Assembly: GCA_964016885.1 (NCBI GenBank)
Contig: CAXHJY010000105.1
Location: forward strand, 682,001-746,000
Direction: 5' to 3'
DNA: 64,000 bases
Source: Eledone cirrhosa
Taxonomy: Eukaryota
The position numbers were made by a program, and so were the translations under genes. The notes below the pieces were generated by a model. It searched no databases. It saw only the letters and a program-made list of their open reading frames with translations, and was not told the DNA's origin. Shown piece by piece: positions 51,901-64,000 of the stretch (position 1 is its first letter; every line of letters begins with the position of its first letter).

Positions 51901-54900
51901 TGACAAGTGTTTGTGGACAGTTGATACCAGGACATCACCACCAACAAATGTGTGACAAGTGATACCAGTACATCACCACCAACAAATGATGTGTGACAAG
52001 TGTTTGTGGACAGTTGATACCAGGACATCACCTCCAACAAGTGATGTGTGACAACTGTTTGTGGACAGTTGATACCAGGACATCACCACCAACAAATGAT
52101 GTGTGACAACTGTTTGTGGACAGTTGATACCAGGACATCACCTCCAACAAGTGATGTGTGACAACTGTTTGTGGACAGTTGATACCAGGACATCACCTCC
52201 AACAAGTGATGTGTGACAACTGTTTGTGGACAGTTGATACCAGTACATCACCACCAACAAATGATGTGTGACAACTGTTTGTGGACAGTTGATACCAGGA
52301 CATCACCTCCAACAAATGATGTGCGACAAGTGTTTGTGGACAGTTGATACCAGCACATCACCACCAACAAATGTGTGACAAGTGATACCAGGATATCACC
52401 ACCAACAAATGATGTGTGACAAGTGTTTGTGGACAGTTGATACCAGGACATCACCTCCAACAAGTGATGTGTGACAAGTGTTTGTAGACAGTTGATACCA
52501 GGACATCACCAGCAACAAGTGATGTGTGACAAGTGTTTGTGGACAGTTGATACCAGGACATCACCACCAGCAAATGATGTGTGACAACTGTTTGTGGACA
52601 GTTGATACCAGGACATCACCTCCAACAAGTGATGTGTGACAACTGTTTGTGGACAGTTGATACCAGGACATCACCTCCAACAAGTGATGTGTGACAACTG
52701 TTTGTGGACAGTTGATACCAGTACATCACCACCAACAAATGATGTGTGACAACGGTTTGTGGACAGTTGATACCAGGACATCACCTCCAACAAGTGATGT
52801 GTGACAACTGTTTGTGGACAGTTGATACCAGGACATCACCACCAACAGGTGATGTGTGACAACTGTTTGTGGACAGTTGATACTAGGACATCACCAGCAA
52901 CAAGTGATGTGTGACAAGTGTTTGTGGACAGTTGATACCAGGACATCACCAGCAACAAGTGATGTGTGACAACTGTTTGTGGACAGTTGATACCAGGACA
53001 TCACCAACAACAGGTGATGTGTGACAACTGTTTGTGGACAGTTGATACCAGGACATCACCACCAACAAATGATGTGTGACAAGTGTTTGTGAACAGTTGA
53101 TACCAGGACATCACCTCCAACAAGTGATGTGTGACAACTGTTTGTGGACAGTTGATACTAGGACATCACCAGCAACAAGTGATGTGTGACAAGTGTTTGT
53201 GGACAGTTGATACCAGGACATCACCTCCAACAAGTGATGTGTGACAAGTGTTTGTGGACAGTTGATACTAGGACATCACCAGCAACAAGTGATGTGTGAC
53301 AAGTGTTTGTGGACAGTTGATACCAGGACATCACCACCAACAAATGTGTGACAAGTGATACCAGGACATCACCACCAACAAATGATGTGTGACAAGTGTT
53401 TGTGGACAGTTGATACCAGGACATCACCTCCAACAAGTGATGTGTGACAAGTGTTTGTGGACAGTTGATACCAGGACATCACCAGCAACAAGTGATGTGT
53501 GACAAGTGTTTGTGGACAGTTGATACCAGGACATCACCACCAGCAAATGATGCGTGACAACTGTTTGTGGACAGTTGATACCAGGACATCACCTCCAACA
53601 AGTGATGTGTGACAACTGTTTGTGGACAGTTGATACCAGGACATCACCTCCAACAAGTGATGTGTGACAACTATTTGTGGACAGTTGATACCAGTACATC
53701 ACCACCAACAAATGATGTGTGACAACTGTTTGTGGACAGTTGATACCAGGACATCACCTCCAACAAATGATGTGTGACAAGTGTTTGTGGACAGTTGATA
53801 CCAGGACATCACCACCAACAAATGTGTGACAAGTGATACCAGGACATCACCACCAACAAATGATGTGTGACAAGTGTTTGTGGACAGTTGATACCAGGAC
53901 ATCACCTCCAACAAGTGATGTGTGACAACTGTTTGTGGACAGTTGATACCAGGACATCACCTCCAACAAGTGATGTGTGACAACTGTTTGTGGACAGTTG
54001 ATACCAGGACATCACCACCAACAAATGATGTGTGACAACTGTTTGTGGACAGTTGATACCAGGACATCACCTCCAACAAGTGATGTGTGACAACTGTTTG
54101 TGGACAGTTGATACCAGGACATCACCTCCAACAAGTGATGTGTGACAACTGTTTGTGGACAGTTGATACCAGTACATCACCACCAACAAATGATGTGTGA
54201 CAACTGTTTGTGGACAGTTGATACCAGGACATCACCTCCAACAAATGATGTGTGACAAGTGTTTGTGGACAGTTGATACCAGCACATCACCACCAACAAA
54301 TGTGTGACAAGTGATACCAGGATATCACCACCAACAAATGATGTGTGACAACTGTTTGTGGACAGTTGATACCAGGACATCACCTCCAACAAGTGATGTG
54401 TGACAAGTGTTTGTAGACAGTTGATACCAGGACATCACCAGCAACAAGTGATGTGTGACAAGTGTTTGTGGACAGTTGATACCAGGACATCACCACCAGC
54501 AAATGATGTGTGACAACTGTTTGTGGACAGTTGATACCAGGACATCACCTCCAACAAGTGATGTGTGACAACTGTTTGTGGACAGTTGATACCAGGACAT
54601 CACCTCCAACAAGTGATGTGTGACAACTGTTTGTGGACAGTTGATACCAGTACATCACCACCAACAAATGATGTGTGACAACTGTTTGTGGACAGTTGAT
54701 ACCAGGACATCACCTCCAACAAATGATGTGTGACAAGTGTTTGTGGACAGTTGATACCAGGACATCACCAGCAACAAGTGATGTGTGACAACTGTTTGTG
54801 GACAGTTGATACCAGGACATCAGCTCCAACAAGTGATGTGTGACAACTGTTTGTGGACAGTTGATACCAGGACATCACCAGCAACAAGTGATGTGTGACA

Positions 54901-57900
54901 ACTGTTTGTGGACAGTTGATACCAGGACATCACCTCCAACAAGTGATGTGTGACAACTGTTTGTGGATAGTTGATGCCAGGACATCACCAGCAACAAGTG
55001 ATGTGTGACAACTGTTTGTGGACAGTTGATACCAGGACATCACCACCAACAAGTGATGTGTGACAACTGTTTGTGGACAGTTGATACCAGGACATCACCT
55101 CCAACAAGTGATGTGTGACAACTGTTTGTGGACAGTTGATACCAGGACATCACCTCCAACAAGTGATGTGTGACAAGTGTTTGTGGACAGTTGATACCAG
55201 GACATCACCACCAGCAAATGATGTGTGACAACTGTTTGTGGACAGTTGATACCAGGACATCACCTCCAACAAGTGATGTGTGACAACTGTTTGTGGACAG
55301 TTGATACCAGGACATCACCTCCAACAAGTGATGTGTGACAACTGTTTGTGGACAGTTGATACCAGTACATCACCACCAACAAATGATGTGTGACAACTGT
55401 TTGTGGACAGTTGATACCAGGACATCACCTCCAACAAATGATGTGTGACAAGTGTTTGTGGACAGTTGATACCAGGACATCACCACCAACAAATGTGTGA
55501 CAAGTGATACCAGTACATCACCACCAACAAATGATGTGTGACAAGTGTTTGTGGACAGTTGATACCAGGACATCACCTCCAACAAGTGATGTGTGACAAC
55601 TGTTTGTGGACAGTTGATACCAGGACATCACCACCAACAAATGATGTGTGACAACTGTTTGTGGACAGTTGATACCAGGACATCACCTCCAACAAGTGAT
55701 GTGTGACAACTGTTTGTGGACAGTTGATACCAGGACATCACCTCCAACAAGTGATGTGTGACAACTGTTTGTGGACAGTTGATACCAGTACATCACCACC
55801 AACAAATGATGTGTGACAACTGTTTGTGGACAGTTGATACCAGGACATCACCTCCAACAAATGATGTGCGACAAGTGTTTGTGGACAGTTGATACCAGCA
55901 CATCACCACCAACAAATGTGTGACAAGTGATACCAGGATATCACCACCAACAAATGATGTGTGACAAGTGTTTGTGGACAGTTGATACCAGGAAATCACC
56001 TTCAACAAGTGATGTGTGACAAGTGTTTGTAGACAGTTGATACCAGGACATCACCAGCAACAAGTGATGTGTGACAAGTGTTTGTGGACAGTTGATACCA
56101 GGACATCACCACCAGCAAATGATGTGTGACAACTGTTTGTGGACAGTTGATACCAGGACATCACCTCCAACAAGTGATGTGTGACAACTGTTTGTGGACA
56201 GTTGATACCAGGACATCACCTCCAACAAGTGATGTGTGACAACTGTTTGTGGACAGTTGATACCAGGACATCACCTCCAACAAGTGATGTGTGACAACTG
56301 TTTGTGGACAGTTGATACCAGTACATCACCACCAACAAATGATGTGTGACAACTGTTTGTGGACAGTTGATACCAGGACATCACCTCCAACAAATGATGT
56401 GTGACAAGTGTTTGTGGACAGTTGATACCAGGACATCACCACCAACAAATGTGTGACAAGTGATACCAGTACATCACCACCAACAAATGATGTGTGACAA
56501 GTGTTTGTGGACAGTTGATACCAGGACATCACCTCCAACAAGTGATGTGTGACAACTGTTTGTGGACAGTTGATACCAGGACATCACCACCAACAAATGA
56601 TGTGTGACAACTGTTTGTGGACAGTTGATACCAGGACATCACCTCCAACAAGTGATGTGTGACAACTGTTTGTGGACAGTTGATACCAGGACATCACCTC
56701 CAACAAGTGATGTGTGACAACTGTTTGTGGACAGTTGATACCAGTACATCACCACCAACAAATGATGTGTGACAACTGTTTGTGGACAGTTGATACCAGG
56801 ACATCACCTCCAACAAATGATGTGCGACAAGTGTTTGTGGACAGTTGATACCAGCACATCACCACCAACAAATGTGTGACAAGTGATACCAGGATATCAC
56901 CACCAACAAATGATGTGTGACAAGTGTTTGTGGACAGTTGATACCAGGACATCACCTCCAACAAGTGATGTGTGACAAGTGTTTGTAGACAGTTGATACC
57001 AGGACATCACCAGCAACAAGTGATGTGTGACAAGTGTTTGTGGACAGTTGATACCAGGACATCACCACCAGCAAATGATGTGTGACAACTGTTTGTGGAC
57101 AGTTGATACCAGGACATCACCTCCAACAAGTGATGTGTGACAACTGTTTGTGGACAGTTGATACCAGGACATCACCTCCAACAAGTGATGTGTGACAACT
57201 GTTTGTGGACAGTTGATACCAGTACATCACCACCAACAAATGATGTGTGACAACGGTTTGTGGACAGTTGATACCAGGACATCACCTCCAACAAGTGATG
57301 TGTGACAACTGTTTGTGGACAGTTGATACCAGGACATCACCACCAACAGGTGATGTGTGACAACTGTTTGTGGACAGTTGATACTAGGACATCACCAGCA
57401 ACAAGTGATGTGTGACAAGTGTTTGTGGACAGTTGATACCAGGACATCACCAGCAACAAGTGATGTGTGACAACTGTTTGTGGACAGTTGATACCAGGAC
57501 ATCACCAACAACAGGTGATGTGTGACAACTGTTTGTGGACAGTTGATACCAGGACATCACCACCAACAAATGATGTGTGACAAGTGTTTGTGAACAGTTG
57601 ATACCAGGACATCACCTCCAACAAGTGATGTGTGACAACTGTTTGTGGACAGTTGATACTAGGACATCACCAGCAACAAGTGATGTGTGACAAGTGTTTG
57701 TGGACAGTTGATACCAGGACATCACCTCCAACAAGTGATGTGTGACAAGTGTTTGTGGACAGTTGATACTAGGACATCACCAGCAACAAGTGATGTGTGA
57801 CAAGTGTTTGTGGACAGTTGATACCAGGACATCACCACCAACAAATGTGTGACAAGTGATACCAGGACATCACCACCAACAAATGATGTGTGACAAGTGT

Positions 57901-60900
57901 TTGTGGACAGTTGATACCAGGACATCACCTCCAACAAGTGATGTGTGACAAGTGTTTGTGGACAGTTGATACCAGGACATCACCAGCAACAAGTGATGTG
58001 TGACAAGTGTTTGTGGACAGTTGATACCAGGACATCACCACCAGCAAATGATGCGTGACAACTGTTTGTGGACAGTTGATACCAGGACATCACCTCCAAC
58101 AAGTGATGTGTGACAACTGTTTGTGGACAGTTGATACCAGGACATCACCTCCAACAAGTGATGTGTGACAACTATTTGTGGACAGTTGATACCAGTACAT
58201 CACCACCAACAAATGATGTGTGACAACTGTTTGTGGACAGTTGATACCAGGACATCACCTCCAACAAATGATGTGTGACAAGTGTTTGTGGACAGTTGAT
58301 ACCAGGACATCACCACCAACAAATGTGTGACAAGTGATACCAGGACATCACCACCAACAAATGATGTGTGACAAGTGTTTGTGGACAGTTGATACCAGGA
58401 CATCACCTCCAACAAGTGATGTGTGACAACTGTTTGTGGACAGTTGATACCAGGACATCACCTCCAACAAGTGATGTGTGACAACTGTTTGTGGACAGTT
58501 GATACCAGGACATCACCACCAACAAATGATGTGTGACAACTGTTTGTGGACAGTTGATACCAGGACATCACCTCCAACAAGTGATGTGTGACAACTGTTT
58601 GTGGACAGTTGATACCAGGACATCACCTCCAACAAGTGATGTGTGACAACTGTTTGTGGACAGTTGATACCAGTACATCACCACCAACAAATGATGTGTG
58701 ACAACTGTTTGTGGACAGTTGATACCAGGACATCACCTCCAACAAATGATGTGTGACAAGTGTTTGTGGACAGTTGATACCAGCACATCACCACCAACAA
58801 ATGTGTGACAAGTGATACCAGGATATCACCACCAACAAATGATGTGTGACAACTGTTTGTGGACAGTTGATACCAGGACATCACCTCCAACAAGTGATGT
58901 GTGACAAGTGTTTGTAGACAGTTGATACCAGGACATCACCAGCAACAAGTGATGTGTGACAAGTGTTTGTGGACAGTTGATACCAGGACATCACCACCAG
59001 CAAATGATGTGTGACAACTGTTTGTGGACAGTTGATACCAGGACATCACCTCCAACAAGTGATGTGTGACAACTGTTTGTGGACAGTTGATACCAGGACA
59101 TCACCTCCAACAAGTGATGTGTGACAACTGTTTGTGGACAGTTGATACCAGTACATCACCACCAACAAATGATGTGTGACAACTGTTTGTGGACAGTTGA
59201 TACCAGGACATCACCTCCAACAAATGATGTGTGACAAGTGTTTGTGGACAGTTGATACCAGGACATCACCAGCAACAAGTGATGTGTGACAACTGTTTGT
59301 GGACAGTTGATACCAGGACATCAGCTCCAACAAGTGATGTGTGACAACTGTTTGTGGACAGTTGATACCAGGACATCACCAGCAACAAGTGATGTGTGAC
59401 AACTGTTTGTGGACAGTTGATACCAGGACATCACCTCCAACAAGTGATGTGTGACAACTGTTTGTGGATAGTTAGTTGATGCCAGGACATCACCAGCAAC
59501 AAGTGATGTGTGACAACTGTTTGTGGACAGTTGATACCAGGACATCACCACCAACAAGTGATGTGTGACAACTGTTTGTGGACAGTTGATACCAGGACAT
59601 CACCTCCAACAAGTGATGTGTGACAACTGTTTGTGGACAGTTGATACCAGGACATCACCTCCAACAAGTGATGTGTGACAACTGTTTGTGGACAGTTGAT
59701 ACCAGGACATCACCTCCAACAAGTGATGTGTGACAACTGTTTGTGGACAGTTGATACCAGGACATCACCTCCAACAAGTGATGTGTGACAACTGTTTGTG
59801 GAAAGTTGATACCAGGACATCACCTCCAACAAGTGATGTGTGACAACTGTTTGTGGACAGTTGATACCAGGACATCACCTCCAACAAGTGATGTGTGACA
59901 ACTGTTTGTCGACAGTTGATACCAGGACATCACCTCCAACAAGTGATGTGTGACAACTGTTTGTGGACAGTTGATACCAGGACATCAGCTCCAACAAGTG
60001 ATGTGTGACAAGTGTTTGTGGACAGTTGATACTAGGACATCACCTCCAACAAGTGATGTGTGACAAGTGTTTGTGGACAGTTGATACCAGGACATCACCT
60101 CCAACAAGTGATGTGTGACAAGTGTTTGTGGACAGTTGATGCCAGGACATCACCTCCAACAAGTGATGTGTGACAACTGTTTGTGGACAGTTGATACCAG
60201 GACATCACCTCCAACAAGTGATGTGTGACAACTGTTTGTGGACAGTTGATACCAGGACATCACCAGTAACAAGTGATGTGTGACAACTGTTTGTGGACAG
60301 TTGATACCAGGACATCACCTCCAACAAGTGATGTGTGACAACTGTTTGTGGACAGTTGATACCAGGACATCACCTCCAACAAGTGATGTGTGACAACTGT
60401 TTGTGGACAGTTGATACCAGGACATCACCAGTAACAAGTGATGTGTGACAACTGTTTGTGGACAGTTGATACCAGGACATCACCTCCAACAAGTGATGTG
60501 TGACAACTGTTTGTGGACAGTTGATACCAGGACATCACCAGCAACAAGTGATGTGTGACAAGTGTTTGTGGACAGTTGGTACCAGGACATCACCACCAAC
60601 AAATGATGTGTGACAACTGTTTGTGGACAGTTGATACCAGGACATCACCTCCAACAAATGATGTGTGACAAGTGTTTGTGGACAGTTGATACCAGGACAT
60701 CACCACCAACAAATGTGTGACAAGTGATACCAGTACATCACCACCAACAAATGATGTGTGACAAGTGTTTGTGGACAGTTGATACCAGGACATCACCTCC
60801 AACAAGTGATGTGTGACAACTGTTTGTGGACAGTTGATACCAGGACATCACCACCAACAAATGATGTGTGACAACTGTTTGTGGACAGTTGATACCAGGA

Positions 60901-63900
60901 CATCACCTCCAACAAGTGATGTGTGACAACTGTTTGTGGACAGTTGATACCAGGACATCACCTCCAACAAGTGATGTGTGACAACTGTTTGTGGACAGTT
61001 GATACCAGTACATCACCACCAACAAATGATGTGTGACAACTGTTTGTGGACAGTTGATACCAGGACATCACCTCCAACAAATGATGTGCGACAAGTGTTT
61101 GTGGACAGTTGATACCAGCACATCACCACCAACAAATGTGTGACAAGTGATACCAGGATATCACCACCAACAAATGATGTGTGACAAGTGTTTGTGGACA
61201 GTTGATACCAGGACATCACCTCCAACAAGTGATGTGTGACAAGTGTTTGTAGACAGTTGATACCAGGACATCACCAGCAACAAGTGATGTGTGACAAGTG
61301 TTTGTGGACAGTTGATACCAGGACATCACCACCAGCAAATGATGTGTGACAACTGTTTGTGGACAGTTGATACCAGGACATCACCTCCAACAAGTGATGT
61401 GTGACAACTGTTTGTGGACAGTTGATACCAGGACATCACCTCCAACAAGTGATGTGTGACAACTGTTTGTGGACAGTTGATACCAGTACATCACCACCAA
61501 CAAATGATGTGTGACAACGGTTTGTGGACAGTTGATACCAGGACATCACCTCCAACAAGTGATGTGTGACAACTGTTTGTGGACAGTTGATACCAGGACA
61601 TCACCACCAACAGGTGATGTGTGACAACTGTTTGTGGACAGTTGATACTAGGACATCACCAGCAACAAGTGATGTGTGACAAGTGTTTGTGGACAGTTGA
61701 TACCAGGACATCACCAGCAACAAGTGATGTGTGACAACTGTTTGTGGACAGTTGATACCAGGACATCACCAACAACAGGTGATGTGTGACAACTGTTTGT
61801 GGACAGTTGATACCAGGACATCACCACCAACAAATGATGTGTGACAAGTGTTTGTGAACAGTTGATACCAGGACATCACCTCCAACAAGTGATGTGTGAC
61901 AACTGTTTGTGGACAGTTGATACTAGGACATCACCAGCAACAAGTGATGTGTGACAAGTGTTTGTGGACAGTTGATACCAGGACATCACCTCCAACAAGT
62001 GATGTGTGACAAGTGTTTGTGGACAGTTGATACTAGGACATCACCAGCAACAAGTGATGTGTGACAAGTGTTTGTGGACAGTTGATACCAGGACATCACC
62101 ACCAACAAATGTGTGACAAGTGATACCAGGACATCACCACCAACAAATGATGTGTGACAAGTGTTTGTGGACAGTTGATACCAGGACATCACCTCCAACA
62201 AGTGATGTGTGACAAGTGTTTGTGGACAGTTGATACCAGGACATCACCAGCAACAAGTGATGTGTGACAAGTGTTTGTGGACAGTTGATACCAGGACATC
62301 ACCACCAGCAAATGATGCGTGACAACTGTTTGTGGACAGTTGATACCAGGACATCACCTCCAACAAGTGATGTGTGACAACTGTTTGTGGACAGTTGATA
62401 CCAGGACATCACCTCCAACAAGTGATGTGTGACAACTATTTGTGGACAGTTGATACCAGTACATCACCACCAACAAATGATGTGTGACAACTGTTTGTGG
62501 ACAGTTGATACCAGGACATCACCTCCAACAAATGATGTGTGACAAGTGTTTGTGGACAGTTGATACCAGGACATCACCACCAACAAATGTGTGACAAGTG
62601 ATACCAGGACATCACCACCAACAAATGATGTGTGACAAGTGTTTGTGGACAGTTGATACCAGGACATCACCTCCAACAAGTGATGTGTGACAACTGTTTG
62701 TGGACAGTTGATACCAGGACATCACCTCCAACAAGTGATGTGTGACAACTGTTTGTGGACAGTTGATACCAGGACATCACCACCAACAAATGATGTGTGA
62801 CAACTGTTTGTGGACAGTTGATACCAGGACATCACCTCCAACAAGTGATGTGTGACAACTGTTTGTGGACAGTTGATACCAGGACATCACCTCCAACAAG
62901 TGATGTGTGACAACTGTTTGTGGACAGTTGATACCAGTACATCACCACCAACAAATGATGTGTGACAACTGTTTGTGGACAGTTGATACCAGGACATCAC
63001 CTCCAACAAATGATGTGTGACAAGTGTTTGTGGACAGTTGATACCAGGACATCACCAGCAACAAGTGATGTGTGACAACTGTTTGTGGACAGTTGATACC
63101 AGGACATCAGCTCCAACAAGTGATGTGTGACAACTGTTTGTGGACAGTTGATACCAGGACATCACCAGCAACAAGTGATGTGTGACAACTGTTTGTGGAC
63201 AGTTGATACCAGGACATCACCTCCAACAAGTGATGTGTGACAACTGTTTGTGGATAGTTGATGCCAGGACATCACCAGCAACAAGTGATGTGTGACAACT
63301 GTTTGTGGACAGTTGATACCAGGACATCACCACCAACAAGTGATGTGTGACAACTGTTTGTGGACAGTTGATACCAGGACATCACCTCCAACAAGTGATG
63401 TGTGACAACTGTTTGTGGACAGTTGATACCAGGACATCACCTCCAACAAGTGATGTGTGACAAGTGTTTGTGGACAGTTGATACCAGGACATCACCACCA
63501 GCAAATGATGTGTGACAACTGTTTGTGGACAGTTGATACCAGGACATCACCTCCAACAAGTGATGTGTGACAACTGTTTGTGGACAGTTGATACCAGGAC
63601 ATCACCTCCAACAAGTGATGTGTGACAACTGTTTGTGGACAGTTGATACCAGTACATCACCACCAACAAATGATGTGTGACAACTGTTTGTGGACAGTTG
63701 ATACCAGGACATCACCTCCAACAAATGATGTGTGACAAGTGTTTGTGGACAGTTGATACCAGGACATCACCACCAACAAATGTGTGACAAGTGATACCAG
63801 TACATCACCACCAACAAATGATGTGTGACAAGTGTTTGTGGACAGTTGATACCAGGACATCACCTCCAACAAGTGATGTGTGACAACTGTTTGTGGACAG

Positions 63901-64000
63901 TTGATACCAGGACATCACCACCAACAAATGATGTGTGACAACTGTTTGTGGACAGTTGATACCAGGACATCACCTCCAACAAGTGATGTGTGACAACTGT
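12998..64000. repeat. 55-bp satellite array, ~51 kb, roughly 930 monomers, with higher-order duplications; runs off the right edge
   Basis: Consensus GTTTGTGGACAGTTGATACCAGGACATCACC(TC/AC/AG)CAACAA(G/A)TGATGTGTGACAA(C/G)T, uninterrupted and in one orientation. Length variants of 38, 41, 52, 54, 57 and 59 bp occur. Confidence 0.98.

Noticed and set aside
16166-63872. About 50 near-identical 71-aa 'MLEVMSWYQLSTN..' ORFs
   Set aside because: They start at alternative TTG codons within a 55-bp (non-triplet) repeat and are only long where a deletion or insertion monomer shifts the frame past a stop. They are not genes.
12998-64000. CRISPR-like array (palindromic repeats)
   Set aside because: There are no unique spacers and no cas genes, the monomers are contiguous, and the context is eukaryotic.
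12998-64000. Hammerhead ribozyme / retrozyme array
   Set aside because: Two hairpins are present, but the CUGANGA...GAAA core is not found on either strand of the consensus monomer.
12998-64000. Recursive splice sites (GGAG|GTGATG) on the minus strand of each monomer
   Set aside because: The acceptor is GAG rather than YAG, the pyrimidine tract is short and the donor is poor. It cannot be supported without nascent RNA data.

Overview
Eukaryotic (animal) genomic DNA. The repeat families suggest a mollusc, probably a cephalopod, but that is an inference. The window appears to lie inside a minus-strand protein-coding gene that the ORF track misses. Four short internal exons with canonical splice sites (12458-12583, 11272-11359, 10139-10214, 9230-9343) join in phase into one open ~134-aa segment ending in a MIF4G-like helix (..AIQEPNF..). 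Bases 1-1407 are a 61-bp tandem array made from the C-terminal coding sequence of an adjoining near full-length but decayed CR1-type LINE (~1408-5407, minus). A 5'-truncated RTE-type LINE (~5423-8290, minus; one in-frame stop; PHD finger inside the RT ORF) sits directly against the CR1 5' end. The 8.3-13 kb interval holds RTE/SINE tail fragments, a 48-bp minisatellite derived from that tail, microsatellites, and a tandemly duplicated splice acceptor. From ~13.0 kb to the window end (51 kb) runs a 55-bp satellite. Its monomer has two 7-bp-stem hairpins and three CANNTG boxes, and it forms kilobase-scale higher-order duplications. If the gene model holds, this array is a giant intron. The many ~71-aa ORFs in it are repeat artefacts. 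There is no CRISPR array or prokaryotic gene content.
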